Source: Bacteriovoracaceae bacterium (GTDB taxonomy: Bacteria; Bdellovibrionota; Bacteriovoracia; Bacteriovoracales; Bacteriovoracaceae). Taken from it: a stretch of DNA of 64,000 nucleotides. Both the position numbers and the translations under genes were made by a program. Location of the stretch: NCBI GenBank assembly GCA_965217035.1, contig OZ244226.1, forward strand, positions 248,001 through 312,000. Reading direction: 5' to 3'. Numbering within the stretch: the stretch's first letter is position 1; the number at the start of each line of letters is the position of its first letter. This document shows, piece after piece, positions 39,602 through 49,254 of the stretch. Below the pieces are notes generated by a model that saw only the letters and a list, made by a program, of their open reading frames with translations, did no database searches and was not told where the DNA came from.

Positions 39602-40357
39602 ATGCCCTTATTATGTACGGGAAAAACCGATCAAGGTCGTGTTAGAGAATCAAATCAAGATTCTATTTTTATAGATCCACAAAATAAATGTTTTGTCGTT
39701 GCCGACGGGATGGGTGGACACCGTGGAGGAGATATCGCCTCCCAGCTTGCTGTTAAAATTTTCTCTGATCATTTCTCTGGGATCAGTCGAGAACAAAGAG
39801 ATAAAATAAAAGAAGTTGATTATTGTATAAATAAAGCTAATCGAAAAATCTTTGAAAAATCTCAAGCAGAAGCTCTTTTGAAGGGAATGGGGACAACAAT
39901 TGTTAGTCTTATGATTGAAAGAAGTAAGGCACTCATTGCAAATGTTGGAGATTCTCGTGCTTATCTAATTAATAATGAAAAAATTTATCAGCTCACGAAA
40001 GACCACTCTCTTGTTCAAGAAAAAGTAAATCTTGGAATTTATTCTCGAGAAGAAGCTTGTAAAGATAAAATGAAAAATGTTTTAGTAAGAACTCTAGGAT
40101 TTGAAGACGATGTCAAAGTTGATCGATTTGAATACTCTATTAGTAAAAATGATATTTTTATTCTTTGTTCAGATGGTCTTTACGGAAAAGTTTATGACAG
40201 CGAAATCTTAGAAATTGTGAATAGCTATATCCCCGATCCTAAAAAAGCTGAGCCAGCCCATCTTGATCACTGTGTTCAAGAACTAATTCAAAGGGCCAAT
40301 GATTACGGTGGAAATGACAATATTTCAGTCATTATTGCAATTGCACAAGCTGAATAG
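39602..40357 (+). CDS. PP2C-type Ser/Thr phosphatase
   Basis: 'GRVRESNQD', 'VADGMGGH', 'GMGTT', 'NVGDSRAY', 'CSDGL', 'GGNDNIS'. Confidence 0.95.
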   Translation: MPLLCTGKTDQGRVRESNQDSIFIDPQNKCFVVADGMGGHRGGDIASQLAVKIFSDHFSGISREQRDKIKEVDYCINKANRKIFEKSQAEALLKGMGTTIVSLMIERSKALIANVGDSRAYLINNEKIYQLTKDHSLVQEKVNLGIYSREEACKDKMKNVLVRTLGFEDDVKVDRFEYSISKNDIFILCSDGLYGKVYDSEILEIVNSYIPDPKKAEPAHLDHCVQELIQRANDYGGNDNISVIIAIAQAE

Positions 40358-40417
40358 CAAAATATCGACTACTCAACCAATACCCGACAAAAAGCATTCC
40401 TTAATGCGATCTTAAAT

Positions 40418-40445
40418 TAAACAATCCTCATTAGAATGCCGTTAA
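40418..40445 (+). promoter_or_regulatory. Sigma-28-like promoter
   Basis: TAAA-N16-GCCGTTAA upstream of a small secreted ORF. Confidence 0.6.
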
Positions 40446-40465
40446 GTGTATTAACGGAGAAAGAT

Positions 40466-40702
40466 ATGAAACTTTTATTACTCATGACACTTGTTTTTGG
40501 ATTCAATGCATTTGCTAAAGATGTAAAGGAAGTTAAGTCTGACCCAACTCCGTCATCTGAGGAAATTCTTCCTGACACAGTTGATATCTCCAATGAAATT
40601 GTAGAAATCAATCAAAACTACATCAGAGATATTGCATCAGGCGTCGAAAAAGAAGAAAAGGTTGATACTGAGTCAGTCCCTTTTTGGAGTTTTGAAAACT
40701 AA
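40466..40702 (+). CDS. Small acidic secreted protein (78 aa)
   Basis: RBS GGAG; MKLLLLMTLVFGFNAFA signal peptide; contains 'RDIAS'. Confidence 0.75.
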   Translation: MKLLLLMTLVFGFNAFAKDVKEVKSDPTPSSEEILPDTVDISNEIVEINQNYIRDIASGVEKEEKVDTESVPFWSFEN

Positions 40703-40937
40703 TAGAAAATATTAGCTCTTCGTCTTTCATTAAGATCTGCCATTTTATAGACCTAAGTTTTTTCGACTGTCGAAAAAATAGACAATTAATTTCTCCTAAT
40801 AAATAAATTCATTTTCAGGACTGAAAACGTATTGAGTGCACAAATACGAGAGAAAAAAACTTAAAGTTCCTCATAGGGAAAAATTTAAAACAATTCATGT
40901 TAAAATTTTCTCAACAACTTTTAGCGGAGAATTTTTC

Positions 40938-41930
40938 ATGAAGAAAATTATATTGTCTCTCCTGATTTCTTTCACATTTATTAGTTGTAACCAGCAATTT
41001 TTAAAAAAAGATACTACAGTTGGAAAACTCCTAGAATCTAGCAGTGCAGTCGATCCCGATATTGCACAATTCAATGATAATGACTTCACTGAAGCCGATT
41101 TATATGGATCCTCGATTGACGATAATCTTGATGATGATGTCGTTATCATTATCGCTGATGATCCTGTCGATGAAGAAGAAGTTGATAAATGTGAAGAACA
41201 AAAGCATCTTCCTGAAGGACGCGCATGCCTCGTATTCAAAGACTCTTTTGAGAGAACTCATATTACGGGAGATGATGTTTTCAATTGGGATGTCATTGTA
41301 ATGGACAATAATATGAATATCTCTAATATTGATGCAAAAATCGAAGACTCAAATCATCTCGGCCCTATTCTGGATGGTGATAAGGCCATACTTTTTAGAG
41401 GGCGCCAAGGAGGCTCCACGCATGAAGTTTATCTCGTTTCCAAAAAATTAGACCTAGAAGATTATGACAATCTGTATATCCAATACCGTTACCTTCCGAT
41501 TGGTCTTGAGATAGATCCGATCTTTTTATCAATGGCTCGAGTTAATATCCCTGAAAGTATAAGAATTGATGTCTGCGATGGTCCTGATTCAAACTGTGGG
41601 CTTACTACTAGTTCAGATCGTATCGAAGGGTTAAGAGATCATAACGTATGGACGAAATATTTTAATACAACTCTGGAACGAGGCGATAATCTTAATATTA
41701 GAAATTATGTCGAACAAGACTGGAAAGTCGGACAAGTTGTTATTAATCTCAATGATTATCCGGAAAGAAAGTCTGATTTTGTTTTTAAAATAACAGCAGC
41801 AATTGATGAAGGCTATCACGCAAATAATCGAAATAACTTAATGGAAGACGGAATTATTTTTGATGATATTGCAGTCATGGCCGTTAACGGTGACTGCATT
41901 GTTCAAGATGATATTAACTTTGAAGATTAA
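40938..41930 (+). CDS. Acidic lipoprotein with a probable jelly-roll (MAM/adhesin-like) domain
   Basis: MKKIILSLLISFTFISC; 'FKDSFE', 'YLVSKKLDL', 'IIFDDIAV'. Confidence 0.65.
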   Translation: MKKIILSLLISFTFISCNQQFLKKDTTVGKLLESSSAVDPDIAQFNDNDFTEADLYGSSIDDNLDDDVVIIIADDPVDEEEVDKCEEQKHLPEGRACLVFKDSFERTHITGDDVFNWDVIVMDNNMNISNIDAKIEDSNHLGPILDGDKAILFRGRQGGSTHEVYLVSKKLDLEDYDNLYIQYRYLPIGLEIDPIFLSMARVNIPESIRIDVCDGPDSNCGLTTSSDRIEGLRDHNVWTKYFNTTLERGDNLNIRNYVEQDWKVGQVVINLNDYPERKSDFVFKITAAIDEGYHANNRNNLMEDGIIFDDIAVMAVNGDCIVQDDINFED

Positions 41931-41940
41931 AACTTTTTAC

Positions 41941-42333
41941 TTAATTATTGCAAGTATATAAAGTCTCACCGTTCTTAGTTGCTATAACTTCTTTGATTTT
42001 TGTCTGGTCTTCATTGAGAGTCAATTTTAACTCATCTAACCATTCGCTTTCAGCGTCACCAGCTAAGAAATCGACAGTGATAGTGCTTCCCGACATTGTA
42101 ACATCCGTAACAACATCGGCTCTTAATTCATGCTCCCAATCAACTTCATCCTCTTTATGATATCTTTTTACCTTTTTTACCACACCATCAACTTCAGCCA
42201 TATACTCTGAATAGCACGTTAGCTTTCTATACTTAAGATCAAAAACCAGATCTTCTCGACTGATATTATTTAAAGAATTAGCATTCACAGCTAAAACACT
42301 TAATACAGACAATCCAAATAATAGTTTTTTCAT
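41941..42333 (-). CDS. Small secreted hypothetical protein
   Basis: Signal peptide MKKLLFGLSVLSVLAVNA; one Cys pair. Confidence 0.75.
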   Translation of the reverse strand: MKKLLFGLSVLSVLAVNANSLNNISREDLVFDLKYRKLTCYSEYMAEVDGVVKKVKRYHKEDEVDWEHELRADVVTDVTMSGSTITVDFLAGDAESEWLDELKLTLNEDQTKIKEVIATKNGETLYTCNN

Positions 42334-42455
42334 AATTTTCTTCTTTTTAGTATTTTGAATGTTAATAGTGTTTATCTTAACTTACAGAAAGAACTGATTC
42401 ATCAGATATGAAAATACTTATATAAGGCTGTCAGTATTTTAAACAGTTTTGATCA

Positions 42456-43550
42456 TTAACGAAACTGACTTTGTTCCTTAACTTCAACAATATTTTCTTG
42501 AATAGAAGTATCCCAGAGATTGAGTTTATCTTCTTCAGACTTTAGTTGCCCACAAGCAGCTAAGATATCATCCCCTTTTGAAGCTCGAATGGTGCAAACA
42601 AAGCCTCTATTAAGAAGCTGATTACAAAACCACTTGATCTTTTCATCGCTCGGTCTTTTAAAAGGAGAACCTGGGTATTCATTGAATGGTATAATATTAA
42701 CCTTAGACTCTTTTCGAATAAGAAGATCATTTAAGGCCCGAATATCTTCAATCGTATCATTAAGTTCATCAATCAAAATATACTCATAAGTGATTCTTCG
42801 ATGGGCCTTTAATGGGATCATTCGAATCGCTTCAAATAATTTTTCAAGATCATAAACCTTATTAATAGGCATGAGCTCTGTTCTCACATCATTTCGAGCG
42901 CTATGGAGAGAAATTGCAATATTCACAGGAGGGAAATCGATAAGCTTCTTAATCTGAGGAACAAGTCCTGATGTTGAAAGCGTGATTCTTCTTTGACCCA
43001 ATCCAAGCCCATGAGGTTCTATTAAAATTTCAGTCGCTCGTTTTACATTGTCATAATTGTGTAAAGGCTCCCCTTGACCCATATAAACAATATTCGAAAT
43101 CGGCAGAAGTTCTTTTTCTTTTAAGTATAAAGAAAGCGCCATATATTGCCCTACAACTTCAGCTGTTGTCAGATGTCGAGTCAATCCTTGGGTTCCAGTA
43201 TGACAAAAGGTGCACCCAATAGCACATCCGACCTGAGAGGAAACACAAAGAGTTCTTCGATCCTTAGCAGGAATAATGACGGCTTCAATACTATGATTTT
43301 TTCCAACGCGAAGAAGAAATTTTCGAGTTTGATCAACTGAGACACCTTCCCAGATGATTTTAGGTAATTCAAAGCTTAGCTTTTCTTTGAATTGAATTCG
43401 AGCCTCTTTGGAGATATTACTCCATTGATCAACGTCAAAAACATGCTTCTTATAAACCCAATCATAGGCTTGTTTTGCCACAAAGGGCTTAAGTCCCAGC
43501 TCAATAGCTAAGTCTTTTAAATCATTAAGGCCCAAATTGAAAAAATTCAT
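42456..43550 (-). CDS. rlmN: Dual-specificity RNA methyltransferase RlmN
   Basis: 'CVSSQVGCAIGCTFCHTG', 'MGQGEP', 'AACGQL'. Confidence 0.96.
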   Translation of the reverse strand: MNFFNLGLNDLKDLAIELGLKPFVAKQAYDWVYKKHVFDVDQWSNISKEARIQFKEKLSFELPKIIWEGVSVDQTRKFLLRVGKNHSIEAVIIPAKDRRTLCVSSQVGCAIGCTFCHTGTQGLTRHLTTAEVVGQYMALSLYLKEKELLPISNIVYMGQGEPLHNYDNVKRATEILIEPHGLGLGQRRITLSTSGLVPQIKKLIDFPPVNIAISLHSARNDVRTELMPINKVYDLEKLFEAIRMIPLKAHRRITYEYILIDELNDTIEDIRALNDLLIRKESKVNIIPFNEYPGSPFKRPSDEKIKWFCNQLLNRGFVCTIRASKGDDILAACGQLKSEEDKLNLWDTSIQENIVEVKEQSQFR

Positions 43551-43670
43551 ACCTCTACCTATGATCTGTCTATTATGTTGTCAATCAATTGAAATCATTA
43601 CAGGGCCAATGACGCAGAGGTCTGAAAAGGCGATAATTTTGAGTAAGTGTCTATAATTTACGGAGGCGGC

Positions 43671-45767
43671 ATGAAAGTAGTTCTTATTCTTGGACTCATT
43701 CTCTCACTTTATTCCTGTGATAATAACAGGAAACGAGCAGCGAGAATCATCGATCAAAACAACCCTGGTGGAATCATTGTAGATACTCCTGAAGTGGACA
43801 CCCCAACAACAGATCAACCAACGAACCCACAATCGGCAAATGCCTGTGATCCAAAACTTACCCAAGCAATCAATCAAATGGAGTTCCTTCAAAAGAATGT
43901 CAAAGACTCTCTCGCTGACCTTTCTAGTTCAAAGAAACTTTTAGAAACAAACCCATCTGATAAAATGGCAATCGATGCCGCTTCTAAGGATTGGAATTTC
44001 TTTTCTTCTGAAGCTAATAAACTTAGTCAAAATTATTGTCAGAATATTATTAAAATAGACTCTCAATCTCAACTTCAAGCTGGTTGTTTAGTGAACGTTC
44101 AGTTTGTTAATCAAGAAAAAGTTAATGAAATTTGTGATCTCACTCAAACTTACTTTCAAGCTAATATGATCAAATCAGAAATCGCTGAATTAACTGTTGT
44201 CGTTATTGATGATCCTGCACTTGTCACGACAACGACAACAACACTTGTGCAAACAAATGACGATACAGAGATCACTGAAACTGATGACGTGAATGAAGAT
44301 GAAGGATCTTTACCAAAGATTAGATATTGCTCTAAAGAGTTTCTTAAGGCCCACTCTTACACCACTACAGTAAGTGAACTTTTCGCAACCTCGATTGAAG
44401 ATCTTAAAATTCAACAAGCAGCTGCTCTTAACGAAGAATTAAGTGCCGCTGAGAGAAAAAATGCTAAGATTAATTTCGAAGCGAAGTGGAAAAGCTCTTT
44501 TGGCGAAAAACTTGTCGTTGATCCAGAAGTACCAGAAGGTCTTTTCGGGGATATTGTTAATGCTTGTCTTTCTTTAGATAGAATGGTTCAAGAACAAGAA
44601 GCTTGTATTCTTTCAGCTGAAAACAAAAAGGTCATTAAAGACTCAAGCTCTTTCCAAGACATTTGCCAAGTTGAGAGAAGTGAAATGCTTCTTCTTAATA
44701 ATGCCGCTCAAGAAATAGCTAACTTAAAGATTGAGGCTGAAGTCACTGAAGAGGATCCAGTCGTCGTTGTAACTGAGCTCCCTAAAAAGAAAGATAAAAA
44801 AGAAGTTGTTGTTGAAGATCCTAAAAAAGATAAAAAACCTGAAGTAAAAAAAGAAGAGAAGGAAGTTGTCGTTCAGGATCCTAAAAAAAATAAAAAACCT
44901 GAGGTTAAAAAAGAAGAGAAGGAAGTTGTCGTTCAGGATCCTAAAAAAGATAAAAAACCTGAAGTAAAAAAAGAAGAGAAGGAAGTTGTCATTACTGAAG
45001 TAAAGACTGATAACACTTGTACTCAACCAGAACTTGCTTGGTTAGCAAAGATGCATCGAACAGCTTGGACCCTATTCGATAATTATAAAGAAATTAAGTC
45101 TACCTATGATTCTTCTAAAAAAGCACAAGATCCAAAACCTTATTTCAAGACCTTTAAAGAGGTTTATGACTCTAAGATAAAAGGCGTTGCGAAGGATGCG
45201 GGAAGGATTTGTTTAACAGTTGAAAAATACAGACAGTGTGAAGGTCAATTCCCTATTATGAGACAAGGTTCACAAAGAATGTATAGCGCTCCAAGTGCTG
45301 AAGAAGTTCAGAAAACATGTACTTTACTTAAAACTCATCATATGAATATAAAAACGATGGTAAAAAATATCAATAAAAGAGTAAAAAAACTTAATCGTGA
45401 AATTAAAGCGAGAAATGAAAAAATTAAAAAGAAAGTATCTCAAGGGGATCCTTGCTCGGATGAAATCTATGATTTAGTTACTGAAATCGACACAAAAGAG
45501 TCTATGATTAAATCAAACTTCGATCAGGTAAAAAACTCGAGTGGAGGGAAGCTTTCAAAAAATATAGATGATTTTGAAAGAGTTGTTAAAGAACTCAGTG
45601 ATAGTTGCGAAGAACTCTCCAGAGAGATGGGTGGTCTGAATGAATGTAAAGACCCTACTAATATCACCGTAATTATCGACTTGTTTGATAACTACCTCGG
45701 AAAGAAATGTAATACTTCAATTATCGAAACTAAAGTCCGTGAAATCAAAAAAGATGCAAATTTATAA
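43671..45767 (+). CDS. Large lipoprotein with four 4-Cys helical modules and a K/E/P/V tandem-repeat linker
   Basis: RBS GGAGG; MKVVLILGLILSLYSC; 16 further Cys in four groups. Confidence 0.8.
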   Translation: MKVVLILGLILSLYSCDNNRKRAARIIDQNNPGGIIVDTPEVDTPTTDQPTNPQSANACDPKLTQAINQMEFLQKNVKDSLADLSSSKKLLETNPSDKMAIDAASKDWNFFSSEANKLSQNYCQNIIKIDSQSQLQAGCLVNVQFVNQEKVNEICDLTQTYFQANMIKSEIAELTVVVIDDPALVTTTTTTLVQTNDDTEITETDDVNEDEGSLPKIRYCSKEFLKAHSYTTTVSELFATSIEDLKIQQAAALNEELSAAERKNAKINFEAKWKSSFGEKLVVDPEVPEGLFGDIVNACLSLDRMVQEQEACILSAENKKVIKDSSSFQDICQVERSEMLLLNNAAQEIANLKIEAEVTEEDPVVVVTELPKKKDKKEVVVEDPKKDKKPEVKKEEKEVVVQDPKKNKKPEVKKEEKEVVVQDPKKDKKPEVKKEEKEVVITEVKTDNTCTQPELAWLAKMHRTAWTLFDNYKEIKSTYDSSKKAQDPKPYFKTFKEVYDSKIKGVAKDAGRICLTVEKYRQCEGQFPIMRQGSQRMYSAPSAEEVQKTCTLLKTHHMNIKTMVKNINKRVKKLNREIKARNEKIKKKVSQGDPCSDEIYDLVTEIDTKESMIKSNFDQVKNSSGGKLSKNIDDFERVVKELSDSCEELSREMGGLNECKDPTNITVIIDLFDNYLGKKCNTSIIETKVREIKKDANL
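44802..44990 (+). repeat. Coding tandem repeat, 60-nt unit, about 3 copies
   Basis: Lines starting 44821, 44881 and 44941 are nearly identical and encode PKK(D/N)KKPEVKKEEKEVVVQD. Confidence 0.95.
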
Positions 45768-45768
45768 T

Positions 45769-46158
45769 CTATCGAGACAAGAATCGGCCTAAAAGCCCTT
45801 TCTTGTCTTGTGCTTTAGTGTTTAAAGCAAATGATTTCACATTTTTGAAGTATTGGGCAAACTGTTCGAAGCCATCAAACTCAGATTGATCTTGGTTATA
45901 TTGATTGACCGAAAGAAACTTATAAGCATTTTTTCTAAATCGAACGCAAAGAAACTCAATATAAGATTTAAACTCCTCAAAACTTTCAAGAATCATAGAG
46001 TTCTTGCTTGGAAAATGCTCTTTGAACAAATCCTTAAGTTCACAACCAGAATAAACTCCCTCAGACGTAATAACATATTCAACTTCAAGAACAGAAGTAC
46101 CTTGGCTTCGAGTCGTTGAACGAAAAAGAACGAGTAATTGCTTTTTATCCATGTCCAT
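45769..46158 (-). CDS. Hypothetical protein
   Basis: 129-aa ORF overlapping the stop of the upstream gene on the same strand. Confidence 0.65.
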   Translation of the reverse strand: MDMDKKQLLVLFRSTTRSQGTSVLEVEYVITSEGVYSGCELKDLFKEHFPSKNSMILESFEEFKSYIEFLCVRFRKNAYKFLSVNQYNQDQSEFDGFEQFAQYFKNVKSFALNTKAQDKKGLLGRFLSR

Positions 46159-47881
46159 TTCCTACATAACCAAAATCAAGAGCAACACTTCCTTGAGGGG
46201 CAAGGCTTACACTCACTCCATTAGGGCTAGATTTCACATCTGCTCCTTTTTGCTGGCCATATCTAATAAAAGCAAAATGTTTCGATTGGGAAACGGCAAG
46301 ATGTAAAGTTTTTGAAGTGGGATTATAAAGATGAGTTCTTCGAACTTCCTGGTATTTCAATTCAAAAGGACTGACATCCCTTCTCAGATCGAAACTCATG
46401 ATTCCAAGATCACTATCTATTTCTAAATGATGAGTTCCTAGAAAACGAAAGATCCGTCTCCAAAACTCCGTTTGCTCCTGTGAAGTCGCTTTAGAAACTT
46501 GTTTACCTTCAATTGTAATTAACTTTCCCTCTCCTAATGGATAATAGCCCAATAAACCAAGGGATTGAATCAGTTCACCCTTCAGATCATTTTCAAGAAC
46601 AAAAACTTCTAGAATTCGTCTTTGCTCTTCATTGATATCCGAAGTATCAAGGACGACTTTATTACCGGCCATGACAAGCCTTAAGGCTGATTTAAAATCT
46701 TGAATCCCTAATTGATTAGAAAAGAAAAAATGTGTCAGTGAACCTTCTTCATCAAAATTCCACTGAGTATTCTCTTCAAACTGAAAACTATAAGGTGAAA
46801 TTTCAGTTAGATACGAAGAAAGCCCCATCATCTCTGCAATATCAGAGTTATCAGAATGGATTGCACTTGTGATTAACGGCTGAAAAGAACTAGAGGTCTC
46901 TGTTAAATTTGCCTCATTAGTCACATTTGCTAAGTACTGATAATTCACAAGATCTTTAAGTGCTTGTCTTAAAACAAGTGGAATCTCTTCATTTTCAAAA
47001 AGATAATCACTAGGAATGATATTATTACTTAAGCCCGAGAAGAACTGATGCCAATGTTCAGTATTCCAATGAAAGGACTTTTGAGTGACTCTTTGTAGGA
47101 AATCTTTCTCCCCGCTTCCCCAAAGATCAATTCGAAGCATTCCATCCCAATAACTTTCAAGACATTCGTAAGCCACTTGTTCAAGTAAAGACTTTAAAAG
47201 TTTTCTAAAATCTTTTTTGATTTGATCAGAATCTTCAAACTGAGAGTTTCTTTCAAGAAAACGGTAATAGCTTTGATGAAACATCTCTGAGTTATCATTC
47301 AGAAAACTCTCGAACTCATTATTCTCGATTCTCCCCCAAGCGACGCCGCGAACTTTAGTAGAAAACCCTTTTTGAACAAAAGTTCTTCCTAAAGAATAAA
47401 GAAAATCTTTGTAATGCTTAAAAATATGAGGATGATAGAACGAAGGGACTTTTCTAATCTTTCGTTCTTTAGTCAGAATATTCTTGGCAAGCCCATTCTT
47501 TGATTCACTTTGAGGAGATTCAATCCAATCTGGAAGCCCCCCATTTTTGAGAAAAGGAATTGGAGTCATCGGGACACAAAAAATCGGTTTTAAATCAAAC
47601 TGAAGAGCAAGATCTTCAATGTTTTTGAGGTCACAGTCTGTTCGATACTTTCCAAAATCGTAGTGAACAACCTTCGTCTCTCGAATCGCATGAAGTCCCC
47701 AATAAATAGGAATAAAAACAAAAGTTCCTTGAGGGATTTCTTGGAGTCGTTTTTCCCAAAGCGATGGAGTGACTTCCCAATAATTAAACCAATAATAGTT
47801 ACGTTCAAAGGAATTCTTTTTAGCCTCAATGGCCTTCGACTCTGATAATGCTGATTTAATGCGGTCGCTTGTTAATTCCAA
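46145..47881 (-). CDS. Degenerate GH35/GH42 beta-galactosidase-like protein
   Basis: 'FIPIYWGLH...YDFG...DLKNIEDLA...NGGLPDWI' follows the GH35 N-terminal pattern, but no ENE acid/base motif was recognised. Confidence 0.55.
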   Translation of the reverse strand: MELTSDRIKSALSESKAIEAKKNSFERNYYWFNYWEVTPSLWEKRLQEIPQGTFVFIPIYWGLHAIRETKVVHYDFGKYRTDCDLKNIEDLALQFDLKPIFCVPMTPIPFLKNGGLPDWIESPQSESKNGLAKNILTKERKIRKVPSFYHPHIFKHYKDFLYSLGRTFVQKGFSTKVRGVAWGRIENNEFESFLNDNSEMFHQSYYRFLERNSQFEDSDQIKKDFRKLLKSLLEQVAYECLESYWDGMLRIDLWGSGEKDFLQRVTQKSFHWNTEHWHQFFSGLSNNIIPSDYLFENEEIPLVLRQALKDLVNYQYLANVTNEANLTETSSSFQPLITSAIHSDNSDIAEMMGLSSYLTEISPYSFQFEENTQWNFDEEGSLTHFFFSNQLGIQDFKSALRLVMAGNKVVLDTSDINEEQRRILEVFVLENDLKGELIQSLGLLGYYPLGEGKLITIEGKQVSKATSQEQTEFWRRIFRFLGTHHLEIDSDLGIMSFDLRRDVSPFELKYQEVRRTHLYNPTSKTLHLAVSQSKHFAFIRYGQQKGADVKSSPNGVSVSLAPQGSVALDFGYVGNGHG

Positions 47882-48108
47882 GGGGGTCCCAACTCCTTTA
47901 GGTTATATACTGAGAGACAGTATTCCGGATCCATCCGGCTTATATAATTATCAGGCAGATCCTTCTTCCTGACAAGAAGGCTTTGGATTTCTTGGTTTTT
48001 TTTACATTTATAGGTATATTAAGCTCAGTTTTAACGCATTTAGCCGCGCTGAATCAAAAAAGCAGCTCCCTGACTTTTTTGATCCACTAAATTTTGAGGA
48101 GAATCCGA

Positions 48109-49254
48109 ATGTGGTTTTTTACTGAAGAACAGAAACAACTCCAGAAAGTTTGTCGAGATTTTGCGACTAATGAGATCGCCCCTCACGCTGAAAAGCATGA
48201 CAATGATGAGACCTTCAATATTGAAGCCTTCAAAAAAATGGGTGAACTGGGATTACTTGGAATTACTGCAGATCCTGAATATGGCGGAGCGGGACTAGGT
48301 GCCACTGAAGCAACAATCGTGATGGAAGAATTCGGGAAAGCTTGCCCCGGTTTAACACTCTCCTATCTCGCTCACTCGATGCTTTGTGTGAATAATATCT
48401 CTGCAAATGCGAGTGACGAGCAAAAAGCAAAGTGGCTTCCCAAACTTTGTTCTGGTGAGTGGATTGGTTGTATGGGGATGAGTGAGCCGGGTTACGGTTC
48501 TGATGCTGTTGGAATGCAAACCAAGGCTAATTTTAAAAATGATCATTATGAGATCACAGGAAACAAAATGTGGATCACGAATGCTCAATTTGCTGAAGTG
48601 ATCTATCTGTATGCGCGAACAGGTGAAAATAAGAAAGACATTACAACCTTTATTCTCGATAAAAACACTGAAGGTTATTCAGTGAGTAAGGAAATTCACA
48701 AGATGGGTATGCGAGGTTCACCTACTGGTGAGCTAAGCTTTGAAAGTGCCAAGGTCCCTTTAAGCGGTCGTGTTGGTGAGGAAGGCGATTCTATTGTCCA
48801 TATGATGAAAAACCTTGATCTCGAAAGAATTACAATTTCAGGAATCTCACTTGGAATTGCTCAAGCTTGTGTTGATCAATGCATAAAGTATGCTGGAGAA
48901 AGAAAGCAATTTGGTAAGAACCTTGCTAACTTTCAAATGATTCAAAAGATGGTTGCAGAGATGGATGCTGAAACAGCAATGATGAGACACTTCCTCTACT
49001 CCACTTGTCGTGAATATGACCTTGGAGTTCAGGATGCAGCTCAAGCAGCACGAGTGAAGCTTCAACTTCCAAAAATGGCTACGAAGATTGCTCTCGATGC
49101 TATTCAGGTTCACGGAGGCTATGGCTATTCTCGAGAGTTCCCTGTTGAAAAACTCATGAGAGATAACAAGCTCATGGAAATTGGTGCTGGAACAAATGAA
49201 GTTATGATCATGATTATTGCAAAAAATATTTTAAAAGAGGCATTAGGCAAATGA
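48109..49254 (+). CDS. Acyl-CoA dehydrogenase (isovaleryl-CoA dehydrogenase-like)
   Basis: 'LSYLAHSMLCVN', 'MSEPGYGSD', 'GNKMWITN', 'GMRGSPTGEL', 'EIGAGT'. Confidence 0.92.
   Translation: MWFFTEEQKQLQKVCRDFATNEIAPHAEKHDNDETFNIEAFKKMGELGLLGITADPEYGGAGLGATEATIVMEEFGKACPGLTLSYLAHSMLCVNNISANASDEQKAKWLPKLCSGEWIGCMGMSEPGYGSDAVGMQTKANFKNDHYEITGNKMWITNAQFAEVIYLYARTGENKKDITTFILDKNTEGYSVSKEIHKMGMRGSPTGELSFESAKVPLSGRVGEEGDSIVHMMKNLDLERITISGISLGIAQACVDQCIKYAGERKQFGKNLANFQMIQKMVAEMDAETAMMRHFLYSTCREYDLGVQDAAQAARVKLQLPKMATKIALDAIQVHGGYGYSREFPVEKLMRDNKLMEIGAGTNEVMIMIIAKNILKEALGK

Noticed and set aside
44802..44990. Possible CRISPR-like array
   Set aside because: The units are contiguous in-frame 60-nt coding repeats with no unique spacers, and no cas genes are present.
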